This document shows, piece after piece, positions 41,216 to 56,500 of a DNA stretch of 64,000 nt. Made by a program: the position numbers and the translations under genes. The stretch spans positions 339,388,001 to 339,452,000 of the forward strand of contig OZ024742.1 in assembly GCA_964016885.1 (NCBI GenBank), written 5' to 3'. How positions within the stretch are numbered: the stretch's first letter is position 1; the number at the start of each line of letters is the position of its first letter. Below the pieces are notes generated by a model that saw only the letters and a program-made list of their open reading frames with translations, made no database searches and was not told the DNA's origin. The DNA comes from Eledone cirrhosa (lineage: Eukaryota).

Positions 41216-42253
41216 GTGTCGGATGTGCCCGAGTGTCGGATGTGCCCGAGTGTCGGATGTGCCAGAGTGTCGGATGTGCCAGAGTGTCGGATGTGCCAGA
41301 GTGTCGGATGTGCCCGAGTGTCGGATGTGCCAGAGTGTCGGATGTGCCAGAGTGTCGGATGTACCCGAGTGTCGGATGTCCCCGAGTGTCGGATGTGCCC
41401 GAGTGTCGGATGTGCCAGAGTGTCGGATGTGCCAGAGTGTCGGATGTACCCGAGTGTCGGATGTCCCCGAGTGTCGGATGTGCCAGAGTGTCGGATGAGC
41501 CCGTGTGTAGGATGTGCCCGAGTGTCGGATGTGCCCGTGTGTCGGATGTGCCCGAGTGTCGGATGTGCCTGAGTGTCGGATGTGCCCGAGTGTCGGATGA
41601 GCCCGTGTGTAGGATGTGCCCGAGTGTCGGATGTGCCCGAGTGTCGGATGTGCCCGTGTGTCGGATGTGCCTGAGTGTCGGATGTGCCCGAGTGTCGGAT
41701 GTGCCAGAGTGTCGGATGTCTCCGAGTGTCGGATGTACCCGAGTGTCGGATGTGCCAGAGTGTCGGATGTGCCCGAGTGTCGGATGTGCCAGAGTGTCGG
41801 ATGTGCCCGAGTGTCGGATGTGCCAGAGTGTCGGATGTGCCAGAGTGTCGGATGTGCCCGAGTGTCGGATGTCTCCGAGTGTCGGATGAGCCCGTGTGTA
41901 GGATGTGCCCGAGTGTCGGATGTGCCCGAGTGTCGGATGAGCCAGTGTGTCGGATGAGCCCGTGTGTAGATGTGCCCGAGTGTCGGACGTGCCTGTGTGT
42001 CGGATGTGCCCGAGTGTCGGATGTGCCCGAGTGTCGGATGAGCCAATGTGTCGGATGTCCCCGAGTGTCGGATGTGCCCGAGTGTCGGATGAGCCCGTGT
42101 GTAGGATGTGCCCGAGTTGCGGATGAGCCCGTGTGTAGGATGAGCCCGGGTGTCGGATGTGCCCGAGTGTCGGATGTGCCCGTGTGTCGGATGTGCCCGA
42201 GTGTCGGATGTGCCCGAGTGTCGGATGTGCCCGTGTGTCGGATGTGCCTGAGT
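41216..42253. repeat. 17-bp GC-rich minisatellite gtgtcggatgtgcccga (~60 copies)
   Basis: Direct reading. Confidence 0.97.
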
Positions 42254-42284
42254 CGGCTTCACTCGGCTTCACATCGGCTTCACT

Positions 42285-43256
42285 CCCTCTCTTTCCTCCA
42301 CCGTCTCTCTCCTCTCTCTTTTATTTCCTATCTCACTCTCTCTCTCTTTCATTCATCCTCTCTCTCTCCCTCTATCTTTCATTCCTTTTATCTCCCTCTC
42401 TCCCCATCCCTCTCCTTTTCTCTCTTTCATTCCTTCTCTCTCCCTCTCTCCCTTTCATCCATTCTCTCTCCCTCTCTCCCTTTCTCTCTTTCATCCATTC
42501 TCTCTCCCTCTCTCCCCTTCTCTCTTTCATCCATTCTCTCGCCCTCTCTCCCTCTCTCCCTTTCATCCATTCTCTCACCCTCTCTCCCTTTCATCCATTC
42601 TCTCACCCTCTCTCCCTTTCATCCACTCTCTCTCCCTCTCTCCCTTTCATCCATTCTCTCACCCTCTCTCCCTTTCATCCATTCTCTCACCCTCTCTCCC
42701 TTTCATCCACTCTCTCTCCCTCTCTCCCTTTCATCCATTCTCTCACCCTCCCTCCCTTTCATCCATTCTCTCACCCTCTCTCCCTTTCATCCCTTCTCTC
42801 TCCCTCTCTCCCTTTCATCCCTTCTCTCTCCCTCTCTCCCTTTCATCCCTTCTCTCTCCCTATCTCCCTTTCATCCCTTCTCTCTCCCTCTCTCCCTTTC
42901 ATCCCTTCTCTCTCCCTATCTCCCTTTCATTCCCTTTCTCTCCCTCTCTCCCTTTCACCCCCCCTCTCATGTATTCCCCCTTTCCCCTTCTCATCCTCTG
43001 TTCATATCCTCCCCCACAGAGAGTTGACCTGTAACATTTTAAACAGAAGATCCTCCAGATCTACTAGATGAAACAATATTGAACCATTACCCCCCGCCTC
43101 AAGTTCCCAACACACCAGTTATATAAAAACTGCAGCTCTTCTTCTTCTTCTTCTTCTTCTTCTTCTTCTTCTTCTTCTTCTTCTTCTTCTTCTTCTTCTT
43201 CTTCTTCTTCTTCTTCTTCTTCTTCTTCTTCTTCTTCTTCTTCTTCTTCTTCTTCT
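42285..43256. repeat. CT-rich minisatellite (to ~42990) and (TTC)n (43137-43256)
   Basis: Direct reading. Confidence 0.93.
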
Positions 43257-43349
43257 CCCGACCCCTCCTCCAACAACACTAGGAAGGTTAGCTGAAGAGT
43301 CCTCTGGAAAGTTTTCTATAACTGGATGTCCTTTCTATCACATATTATC

Positions 43350-43665
43350 ATGGTGGATTAGCAGTAGCAGTAGAGTGTCGGACAACATGCTTCACAGCAT
43401 AGAGATATGGCCTGCTGTGTTCTAAGTTCAAATCCTGCCCAGGTTTGGTAGAAAGGTCGGACATGCTTTCCATGCTAAGTTCAAATCCTGCCCAGGTTTG
43501 GTAGAAAGGTCAGACATGCTTTCCAGCGTAGTTACGTCCGTTTACGATCTGAGTTCAAATCCCACCGAGGTTAACTTTGCCTTTTATCATCCTTACGGGA
43601 TCGATAAAATAAAGTACCAGTAATGTACTGGGTAATTGCTGGCCTTGTGCCAAAAGTAGAAACAA
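43350..43665 (+). mobile_element. SINE (28710 family) with internal duplications; further copies at ~46820-46948 (+) and ~62835-63140 (-)
   Basis: ctgagttcaaatcccaccgaggttaactttgcc...gataaaataaagtaccag. Confidence 0.8.
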
Positions 43666-44234
43666 TTATTTTCAATATTGTTTTTACAACACAACAGGTG
43701 TATATTAAACTATATCCACAACCACACATATAGACGAGGTGTGTTCTTCGATCGATAAATAGATTGGTGCTGGACAGACGTTTCGTCCGATCTTAATTGA
43801 AAATATCAATACAAAAAAACATTTTTTTTAATTCCGTGACAAACCTACATAAACGTATAAAAAATCTATTTCCACAAGAGGCGTTTGTCGAGAAATCAAA
43901 TTGATTTTTCTCATTGATTAACAGCGTGATAAGATACGATTAGATATGAGTTTATTTGATTTTTTTCCATAAAACTTTTCTCAAAGACAAGAGAATATTG
44001 TTGTCATGAGATCAAATTCACTATTAGCATAATTTTAGTAATTTCAATCTGATATGAAAACCAGCTTCTGTTTGAGCTGCTGTTTGAGCTGGTGTTTAAG
44101 CTGGCGTTTAAGCTACTGTTTGAGTTGCTGTTTGAGTTGCTGTTTTAGTTGCTATTTGAGCTGCTGTTTGAGTTGCTGTTTGAGCTGCTGTTACTTAGAC
44201 CGGTAGTCTTGCAATATCGTATATGTGTGGACTT

Positions 44235-44762
44235 TACATGACCAAATGGTTAAGTAGTTTGCTTCACAATAATTAGGTCCTGGGTTCAATGTTACTGTAT
44301 GGTATCTTGGGAAAATATAATTTATCAAAGTCACGGGTCACCCCTACTCCTCAATCTTTGGTTGGCAGAAACTGTTTGGAAGTCCATCGGATGGGCGGTG
44401 CCTTCAATTCAAAGAACCTGCCTTGTCACACATTGTGTAACGCTTATCTTCAAAACCGATGAAGGGCCCTTGAACCATAGACGTGGTACTAATGTGTCTC
44501 AGATCTTTGGGGAAATCAAGGTCCCAAGATTGTGTGGAAAGGAGATCTCTCGTCACCTAACGCTGATAAGAGTAAATCTCTGAATAGTTGCCCCTTTGTC
44601 AGCAAACGAAGTTCAAACTTTACTTTCTTTTCCACAATCAGGCGCAGGAATGGCTGTGTGGTTAGGGCATTTGATTTGCAAACACGTTTAGTCCCTCCAC
44701 TGCGTCTCAGTTTGACCCATGCCTTTTGAAATTTGATAGATTGAAATTGCAGAAGCCTGTAA
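44235..44762 (+). mobile_element. Two degenerate tRNA-derived SINE remnants (~44235 and ~44641)
   Basis: tggttaagtagtttgctt...gggttcaat; ggcgcaggaatggctgtgtggttag. Confidence 0.5.
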
Positions 44763-45029
44763 TATATATGACACAAAATCAGTTTAAACAACGGTGCTAG
44801 TCACATATTACGCCATGCAAACAGCAGAAAATGACGACGGCCTCGGCACTAGCAAATCGAGTATAGGGATTGAAGGATAGAGCGATACCATACATGATTA
44901 AATGGAACATCCAGGACAAGTCAATCTCTTATATTAAAGGAGAAAAGAAGTGTTCATTTTGCCTGTGAAAAATTAAGGAAATTACAGGGTTTGAGAACTT
45001 CTGATAAATATCTAAACACAGAAAGATGC

Positions 45030-46760
45030 GATATTTAGAGTCTGGTACCACACCTGAATAGTGGAGTTTCAAGACGCCATAAAAATCTACGGCACCAGAG
45101 CCAGAACATTTTGTTGAGGAAACCCCGAATATATTTGGCTGGTAACATCTGGTCGCCTGCACCAGATCTTGCTTCTTACCTGTAAGGGTTATAACGTTCC
45201 AGTTGCCAATTGATAACGTTTTCTCCGCTTTGAATCCTATTTGTGGTTCTGGGATACGCAATTTTTGTGCGTCCATCTGACAAGCACATCGCTAGCCTTT
45301 TTGGCATTAGATGGAAACTGCAATATATGTTTCGAACAGGCCTCTCCATCGAAGACCCGAATGCGCTCCCCGTGACCCTACACTACGGACGACGCAGTAT
45401 GTTTGTTTTATTCAATCTGACCATACTGATCTTACCCCCCACACACACACACACAAAACAGACAGATTCAGTCCGATCTATTGCATAAACTAGGACGCAC
45501 TTGCTGTGCTGGTGAGGAATTCAAGACCGGGAATGTGGGTACTATTGCATTCAGAGAATTCCTTGAATAAACTGAGGGTGTTGAAATGGAGTGGAGACTT
45601 TAGATCGGCAGTTTCTGCTTCAGCTGTTAAATTGTGTAAGCGAAAGTAGCTCGGTGCGGTACCGCGTAGTATGGGAGCCCGCTGGTTCAATGAGGAGATT
45701 AAAGTTGATTTACGGGCAAAAAAGAAAGCTTACAAAGTTTGGCTTGAGAATAAGTCCTTCTTGCACTCGTGGTAGAAGCAGGTGCTAAATGTCACAGTAA
45801 AAACAGTAAAGACGTCGAAAGTTAAGACGTAGTGGACTTTGGGTTGAAGTTGGCATCCGACTTTAGATTAGCAAATAAAGTATTCTGGCAGATAATCGTA
45901 ATAAGTTCTTCCCAAAACCTGCTACCAGGTTTTACACTCCAAAAAATTGTACAACCTCCCGAGGTAAAAAGATTACTTTGTCGGTCACATTAAAAACCGG
46001 TTACAACATCATTTTCTGGGGTACATGAGGTGCATCTAAAGGCAAAGACTGACCACCAAGCGATTAAAGTGATCAAATGTGGCAAGACCTATGGGGAGGA
46101 TGAAATTCAACGCGAGATGTTAAAAGCGTTATATAGAAAAGGTATGCTCTGGCTGATTCATGTGTATCGGGTTGCTTGTATCCTTGAAAAGGCATTAAAT
46201 ACAATGACACTCGGGAGTGGTAATTCCAGTTTTCAAAATGGGAGACAAAAGAGATTGCTCTCATTGTCAAGTCTTTCCGGCAAATGTAGGGAAATTGTCT
46301 AGTGTAAGCTAGCTGATGAAGTGTACTTTTCGCGGCGGACCTTGCAAATCCAACGAAGTATTCACTCTGTCGCAGATCTTTGAGAAATCGTCGGACAATT
46401 GCCAAGATGTGTAAGCTTCTTTCATGGATTTCAAAAAGACATAAGACCGCATGCCACAGGACATGTTGTGGGAGGTTCTACAGGAATATGGGATCGACGG
46501 ACAGCGTTTTGTTGCCTAGGAATCCTTAAACGATTGCGCTAATATCCTGTTCAAAATCTTCATGAACTGGATCAACACGCGCAACTGTTGTAGATGTAGT
46601 ATCAAAACTAGCGAATGTAGGACCAGTTGGTAGATATTTGCTAATGACATGGTGCTCCTAAACTCATCGGAAGGGAATCTCCCTATATACACTGGATAGG
46701 TGTGCTCTCGGGTGCTATGTGTCAGGAATGAAAATAACTGCTGTGAAATAAACCCCGAGA
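45030..46760. pseudogene. Highly decayed RTE-clade LINE: APE N-terminus on - strand (~45030-45280), linker/RT remnant on + strand (~45500-46760)
   Basis: IGNWNVITLTGKKQDLV...GVSSTK.SGSG; GEDEIQREMLKAL, LSSLSGK, FMDFKKT*DRMPQDMLWEVLQEYGIDG, IFANDMVL. Confidence 0.75.
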
Positions 46761-46948
46761 AAGCCTACGCTAGAGCTACTTTACCCAATGTATACAACTA
46801 TTATTTATAGTTATCAGCTATTGGATTGGCAGTATCGGTAGAGGGTCGGACGCCATGCTTTGTAGAATAGAGTTACGGTCCTTGCCATTCTGAGTTCAAA
46901 TCCCGCCGAGGTTAACTTTGCCTTTCAACCTTACGGGGTCGATAAAAT

Positions 46949-49070
46949 AGTGGTGGTTGTGGTTGTGGTGGTGGTAGTGGTAGTGGTGGTGGTGGGTGAA
47001 GTGGTGGTAGTTGTGGTGGTTGTGGTTGTGGTGGTGGTGGTAATGGTGGTAATGGTGGTGGCAGTGGTGGTGGTAATGGTGGTTGTGGTGGTGGTGGTAA
47101 TGGTGGTAATGGTGGTGGTAGTGGTGGTAGTGGTGGTGGTGAGGATGGTGATGGTAGTGGTGTTGGTAGTGGTGGTGGCAGCGGTTGTGGTGGTGGTATT
47201 GGTGGTGGTTGTGGTGGTGGTGGTAGTGGTTGTGGTGGTGGTGGTAGTGGTGGTTGTGGTGGTTGTGGTGGTAGTGGTGCTGGTAGCGGTGTTGGTAGTG
47301 GTGTTGGTAGTGGTTGTGGTAATGGTGGTTGTGGTGGTAGTGGTGGTGGTAGTAGTGATGGTAGTGGTGGTGGTTGTAGTGGTAGTGGTGGTGCTAGTGG
47401 TGGTTGTGGTGGTAGTGGTAGTGTTGGTGGTAGTGGTGGTGGTAATCGTGGTTGTGCTGGTAGTGGTGGTGGTAATGGTGATGGTGGTAGTGGTGGTAAT
47501 GGAGGTGATAGTGGTGGTGTTGGTGGTAGTGGTGAGTATAGTGGTGGTAGTGGTGGTAGTGGTGGTCGTGTTGGTAGTGGTGGTGTTGGTAGTGGTGGTG
47601 AGGATGGTGTTGGTGGTAGTGGTGGTAGTGGTAGTGGTGAGGATGGTGATTGTGGTGGTGGTAGTGGTGGTGTTGGTAGTGGTGGAGGTGGTGGTGGTAG
47701 TGGTAGTGGTGGTGGTGGTGTTGGTAGTGGTGGTGGTGGTGGTGTTGGTAGTGGTGGTGGTAGTGGTGTTGGTAGTGGTGGTAGTGGTTGTGGTGGTAGT
47801 GGTAGTGGTGTTGTGGTATTTGTGGTAATGGTGAGGATGGTGATGGTGGTGGTATTAGTGGTGGTAGTGGTGATGGTAGTGGTGGTGGTAATGGTGGTAA
47901 TGGTGGTAGTGGTGCTAGTGATGGTGGTAGTGGTGTTGGTAGTAGTGATAGTAGTGGTGGTACTGGTAGTAGTGATGGTGGTAGTGGTGTTGGTAGTAGT
48001 GATAGTAGTGGTGGTAGTGGTGGTAGTGGTGGTGGTAGTGGTGATGGTAGTGGTGGTGGTAGTAGTGGTGGTTAGTGGTGGTAGTGATGGTGGTAGTGGT
48101 GTTGGTAGTAGTGATAGTAGAGGTGGTAGTAGTGGTAGTGGTGGTGGTAGTGGTGATGGTAGTGGTGGTGGTACTGGTGGTAGTGGTGGTTGTTAGTGGT
48201 GGTGGTAGTGGTAGTGGTGTTGGTAATAGTGATGGTTGTGGTGGTAATGGTGGTAGTGGTGGTGGTATTAGTGGGGGTGGTGTTGGTGGTAGTGGTGAAG
48301 ATGGTGACGGTGGTGGTGGTAGTGGAGGTAGTAGTGGTGGTGGTGGTGTTGGTGGTAGTGGTGAGGATGGTGATGGTGGTGGTAGTGGTAGTGGTGGTGT
48401 TGGTAGTGGTGGTGAGGATGGTGATGGTGGTAGTGGTGGTAGTGGTAGTGGTGAGGATGGTGATAGTGGTGGTGGTAGTGGTTCTGTTGGTAGTGGTGGT
48501 GGTGGTGGTGGTAGTGGTGGTGGTGGTGTTGGTAGTGGTGGTGGTAGTGGGGTTGGTGGTGGTGGTGCTGGTGGTGGTGGTGGTGGTTGTGGTGGTAGTG
48601 GTGGTGCTTGTGGTGTTGGTGGTGGTGGTTGTGGTGGTTGTAGTGTTGGTGGTAGTAGTGAGGATGTGATGCTGGTGGCAGTGGTGGTGTTGGTAGTGGT
48701 GGAGGTGGTGGTGGTGGTAGTGGTAGTGGTGGTGGTGGTGTAGGTGGTGTTGGTAGTGGTGGTGGTAGTGGTGTTGGTGGTGGTGGTTTGGTGGTGGTTT
48801 TGGTGGTAGTGGTGGGGGTACTGGTGTTGGTGGTAGTGGTAAGGATGTGATGGTGGTGGTGGTAGTGGTGGTGTTGTTAGTTGTGGATGTGGTAGTGGTG
48901 TTGGTGGTGGTGGTAATGGTGGTAGTGGTGGTGTTGGTAGTGGTGGTGTTGGTAGTGGTGGAGGTGGTGGTAGTGGAGGTGGTGGTCGTGATGGTGTTGG
49001 TAGTGGTGGTGTTGGCAGTGGTGGAGGTGGTGGTGGTAGTGCTGGTGGAGGTGGTGGTAGTGGTGGTGTT
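46949..49070. repeat. Degenerate (GGT/AGT)n tract
   Basis: Direct reading. Confidence 0.97.
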
Positions 49071-49154
49071 TATGTCAACAAAGGACACACCCTAACTAAA
49101 GTGAATTGATTTGTGGTGAAACGACATAGTTTATAGATATGTTCTGAAATGACA

Positions 49155-50060
49155 GTACCTAGGGACGCCATACACATAAGAAACGCACAGCTAAGTACTA
49201 TGACAACATACATATGAGAAACAAATACCTATGTCTTAGGGACACCATACATATGAGACACACATAACTAAGTCCTATGATAGCATATATCAGAAACTTT
49301 GACATTACCTAGGGACGCCGTAAACATACGAATGGCATAAGTAAGTCCTAGGGACACCATACATATAAGAAACACATAGCTAAGTCCCAGGGACACCATA
49401 CATATAAGAAACTCATAGCTAAGTCCCAGGGACACCATACATATAAGAAACACATAGCTAAGTCCTAGGGACACCAGACATAGAAGAAACATATAGCTAA
49501 GTCCTATGACAGCCTATATCAGAAACTTTGACATAACCTAGGGACGCCATAAACATACGAATGTCATAAGTAAGTGCTAGGGTCACCATACATATAAGAA
49601 ACACATAGCTAAGTCCCAGGGACACCATACATATAAGAAACACATAGCTAAGTCCCAGGGACACCATACATATAAGAAACACATAGCTAAGTCCCAGGGA
49701 CACCATACGTATAAGAAACACATAGCTAAGTCCCAGGGACACCATACGTATAAGAAACACATATCTACGTCTAGGGCAACCAAACATATAATTAACTTTG
49801 ACATTACCTAGGGACGCCATACACATACGAATGACATAACTAAGTCCTAGGGACACCATACATATAAGAAACACATAGCTAAGTCCCAGGGACACCATAC
49901 ATATGAGAAACACATAGCTAAGTCCTAGGACACCATACATATAAGAAACACATAGCTAAGTCCTAGGGACACCATACATTTAAGAATCTTTGACATTACC
50001 TAGGGACGCCATACACATACGAATGACATAACTAAGTCCTAAGGACACCATACATATAAG
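49155..50060. repeat. 39-bp minisatellite agctaagtcccagggacaccatacatataagaaacacat with variant units
   Basis: Direct reading; 13-aa periodicity in the ORF track. Confidence 0.93.
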
Positions 50061-50567
50061 GGGTTGTGGCAGGGTGTGGTGGGGATATGGTGGGGTGGGT
50101 GGTGTCAGTGGGTGGCGGAGAGGTGTCGGTGTGGTGGCGGGATTGTGGTGGGCTGGGCGGTGGCGGTGGGGGCGCGGTGAGGTGGCGGAGGGGTAGTGGG
50201 GTTGTGGTGAACTGGGTGGTCGCCGTGGGGTGGCGGTGACGTGGCGATGGGGTGGCGGGGTTGTGGTGGGCTGGGTGGTGGCGGTGGGGTTGTATGTGCT
50301 GGGTGTGTGGTATATGGCGGTGTGGTATATAGTGAGCTGTTATGTGGTGGAGGTGTGGTATATAGTCGGTTGGTATGTGGTGGGGTGTGATATAGCGGGG
50401 TGGTGTTGTATGGTGGAGACATCTATGATAAATTACATTGTTTTCTCACTACTTAAAATATGTTGACACTAGATAACACGTTGTTGTATGATTCTTATCT
50501 CCCCTTGATGACATCGGCACTGACTACAAACACACATCACAGCTCACACACGATATAGCTAACTGTG

Positions 50568-53500
50568 ACATACACACGATATAGCTAACTGTGACATACA
50601 CACGATATAGCTAACTGTGACATACACATGTTATAGCTAACTGTGACATACACACGATATAGCTAACTGTGACATACACATGTTATAGCTAACTGTGACA
50701 TACACACATTATACCATACTGTGACATACATACATTATACCATACTGTGACATACACACATTATACCATACTGTGACATACATACATTATACCATACTGT
50801 GACATACATACATTATACCATACTGTGACATACATACATTATACCATACTGTGACATACATACATTATACCATACTGTGACATAAACAGACTATACCATA
50901 CTGTGACATACATACATTATACCATACTGTGACATACATACATTATACCATACTGTGACATACATACATTATACCATACTGTGACATACACTCATTATAC
51001 CATATTGTGACATACACACATTATACCATACTGTGACATACATACATTATACCATACTGTGACATACATACATTAAACCACACTGTGACATACACATATT
51101 ATACCATACTGTGACATACATATATTATACCATACTGTGACATACACATATTATACCTTACTGTGACATACACACATTATACCATACTGTGACATACACA
51201 TATTATACCATACTTTGATATACATACATTATACCATACTGTGACATACACACATTATACCATACTGTGACATATGTACATTATGCCATACTTTAACATA
51301 CATTATACCATACTGTGACATACATACATTATACCATACGGTGACATACACACATTATACCATACTGTGACATACACACATTATACCATACTGTGACATA
51401 CATACATTATACCATACTGTGACATACACATATTATACCATACTGTGACATACATACGTTATACCATACTGTGACATACACATATTATAGCATACTGTGA
51501 CATACGTACATTATACCATACTGTGACATACATACATTATACCATACTGTGACATACATACATTATACCACACTTTGACATACATACATTATACCATACT
51601 GTGACATACATATATTATACCATACTGTGACATAGATACATTATACCATACTGTGACATAAACAGACTATACCATACTGTGACATACGTACATTATACCA
51701 TACTGTGACATGCATACATTATACCATACTGTGACATACATACATTATACCATACTGTGACATACACTCATTATACCATATTGTGACACACACACATTAT
51801 ACCATACTGTGACATACATACATTATACCATACTGTGACATACATATATTATACCATACTGTGACATACACATGTTATACCATACTGTGACATACATACA
51901 TTATACCATACTGTGACATACATACATTATACCATACTGTGACATACATACATTATACCATACTGTGACATACATACATTATACCATAATGTGACATACA
52001 TACATTATACCATGCTGTGACATACATACATTATACCATACTGTGACATACACACATTATACCATACTGTGACATACACACATTTTACCATACTGTGATA
52101 TACATACATTAACCCATACTGTGACATACACACATTATACCATACTGTGACATACACACATTATACCATACTGTGACATACATACACACACTATACCATG
52201 CTGTGACATACATACATTATACCATACTGTGACACACATTATACCATACTGTGACATACATACACACACTATACCATACTGTGACATACATATATTATAC
52301 CATACTGTGACATAAACACATTATAGCATAATGTGACATACACACATTATACCATACTGTGACATACACACATTATAGCATACTGTGACATACATACATT
52401 ATACCATACTGTGACATACATACATTATACCATACTGTGACATACACACATTATACCATACTGTGACATACTCACATTATACCATACTGTGACATACACA
52501 CATTATACCATACTGTGACATACACACATTATCCCATACTGTGACTTACATACATTATACCATACTGTGACATACATACATTATACCATACTGTGACATA
52601 CACACATTATACCATACTGGGACATACACACATTATACCATACTGTGACATACATACATTATACCATACTGTGACATACACACATTATACCATACTGTGA
52701 CATACATACATTATACCATACTGTGACATACATACATTATACCATACTGTGACATATATTATACCATACTGTGACATACATACATTATACCATACTGTGA
52801 CATACATACATTATACCATACTGTGACATACATATATTATACCATACTGTGACATACACACATTATACCATACTGTGATATACACACATTATACCATACT
52901 GTGACATACACACATTATACCATACTGTGACATACATACATTATACCATACTGTGACATACATACATTATACCATACTGTGACATACACACATTCTACCA
53001 TACTGTGACATACACACATTATACCATACTGTGACATACACACATTATACCATACTGTGACATACACATATTATACCATACTGTGACATACACACATTAT
53101 ACCATACTGTGACATACACACATTATACCATAATGTGACATACCTACATTATACCATACTGTGACATACATACATTATACCATACTGTTACATACATACA
53201 TTATACCATACTGTGAAATAAACACACTATACCATACTGTGACATAATACATTATACCATACTGTGACACACATATATTATACCATACTGTGACATACAC
53301 ACACTATACCATACTGTGACATACATACATTATACCATACTGTGACATACATATATTATACCATACTGCGACATACATACATTATACCATACTGTGACAT
53401 ACATACATTATACCATACTGTGACATACACACATTATACCATACTGTGACATACATACATTATACCATACTGTGACATATATTATACCATACTGTGACAT

Positions 53501-56500
53501 ACATACATTATACCATACAGTGACATATACACATTATACCATACTGTGACATACACACATTATACCATACTGTGACATACATACATTATAACATACTGTG
53601 ACATACATACATTATACCATACTGTGACATACACATATTATACCATACTGTGACATACATATATTATACCATACTGTGACATACATACATTATACCATAC
53701 TGTGACATAAACACACTATACCATACTGTGACATACATACATTATACCATACTGTGACATACATACATTATACCATACTGTGACATACACATATTATACC
53801 ATATTGTGACATACACACATTATACCATACTGTGACATACATACATTATACCATACTGTGACATACATACATTATACCATACTGTGACATACACATATTA
53901 TACATACTGTGACATACATATATTATACCATACTGTGACATACATACATTATACCATACTGTGACATACAGACATTATACCATACTGTGACATACATACA
54001 TTATACCATACTGTGACATACACATATTATACCTTACTGTGACATACATACATTATACCATACTGTGACATACATACATGATACCATACTGTGACATACA
54101 CACATTATACCATACTGTGACATACACACATTATACCATACTGTGATATACATACATTATACCATACTGTGACATACACACATTATACCATACTGTGACA
54201 TACACACATTATACCATACTGTGACATACATACATTATACCATACTGTGACATACATATATTATACCATACTGTGACATACATACATTATACCATACTGT
54301 GACATACATATATTATACCATACTGTGACATACATACATTATACCATACTGTGACATACATACATTATACCATACTGTGACATACACACATTATACCATA
54401 CTGTGACATACATACATTATACCATACCGTGACATACATGCATTATACCATACTGTGACATACATACATTCTACCATACTGTGACATACACAAATTATAC
54501 CATACTCTGACATACACACATTATACCATACTGTGACATACACACATTATACCATACTGTGATATACATATATTATACCATACTGTGACATACATACATT
54601 ATACCATACTGTGACATACATACATTATACCATACTGTGACATACAAACATTATACCATACTGTGACATACATATATTATACCATAATGTGACATACAGA
54701 CATTATACCATACTGTGACATACATACATTATACCATACTGTGACATACACACATTATACCATACTGTGACATACATACATTATACCATACTGTGACATA
54801 CATACATTATACCATACTGTGACATACATACATTATACCATACTGTGACATACACACATTATACCATACTGTGACATACACACATTATACCATACTGTGA
54901 CATACATACATTATACCATACTGTGACATACACATATTATACCATACTGTGACATAAACACATTATACCATACTGTGACATACACACATTATACCATACT
55001 GTGACATATACACATTATACCATAATGTGACATACCTACATTATACCATACTGTGACATACATACATTATACCATACTGTGACATACATACATTATACCA
55101 TACTGTGACATACATACATTCTACCATACTGTGACATACACACATTATATCATACTATAACATACACACATTATACCATACTGTGACATACACACATTAT
55201 ACCATACTGTGACATACACACATTATACCATACTGTGACGTATATACATTACACCATACTGTGATATACACACATTATACCATACTGTGACATACATATA
55301 TTATACCATACCGTGACATACATACATTATACCATAGTGTGACATACATTATACCATACTGTGAGATACACACATTATACCATACTGTGACATACATACA
55401 TTATACCATACTGTGACATACATACATTATACCATACTGTGACATACATAGATTATACCATACTGTGACATACATACATTATACCATACCGTGACATAAA
55501 CACATTATACCATACTGTGACATACATACATTATACCATACTGTGACATACACACATTATACCATACTGTGACATACCTACATTATACCATACTGTGACA
55601 TACATACATTATACCATACTGTGACATACATACATTATACCATACTGTGACATAAACACACTATACCATACTGTGACATACATACATTATACCATACTGT
55701 GACATACATATATTATACCATACGGTGACATACACACATTATACCATACTGTGACATAAACACACTATGCCATACTGTGACATACATACATTATACCATA
55801 CTGTGACATACATATATTATACCATACTGTGACATACATACATTATAACATACTGTGACATACATACATTATACCCTACTGTGACATACACATATTATAC
55901 CATACTGTGACATACATATATTATACCATACTGTGACATACACATATTATACCTTACTGTGACATACACACATTATACCATACTGTGACATACACATATT
56001 ATACCATACTTTGATATACATACATTATACCATACTGTGACATACACACATTATACCATACTGTGACATACACACATTATACCATACTGTGACATACATA
56101 CATTATACCATACTGTGACATACATTATACCATACTGTGACACACATTATACCACACTGTGACATACATATATTATACCATACTGTGACATAAACACATT
56201 ATAGCATACTGTGACATACACACATTATACCATACTGTGACATACACATATTATAGCATACTGTGACATACGTACATTATACCATACTGTGACATACATA
56301 CATTATACCATACTGTGACATACATACATTATACCACACTTTGACATACATACATTATACCATACTGTGACATACATATATTATACCATACTGTGACATA
56401 GATACATTATACCATACTGTGACATAAACAGACTATACCATACTGTGACATACGTACATTATACCATACTGTGACATGCATACATTATACCATACTGTGA

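Noticed and set aside
38402-49940. Long poly-L/S/V, Pro-rich and repetitive ORFs
   Set aside because: Open frames through tri-, 17-, 26- and 39-bp repeats with no protein-like flanks.
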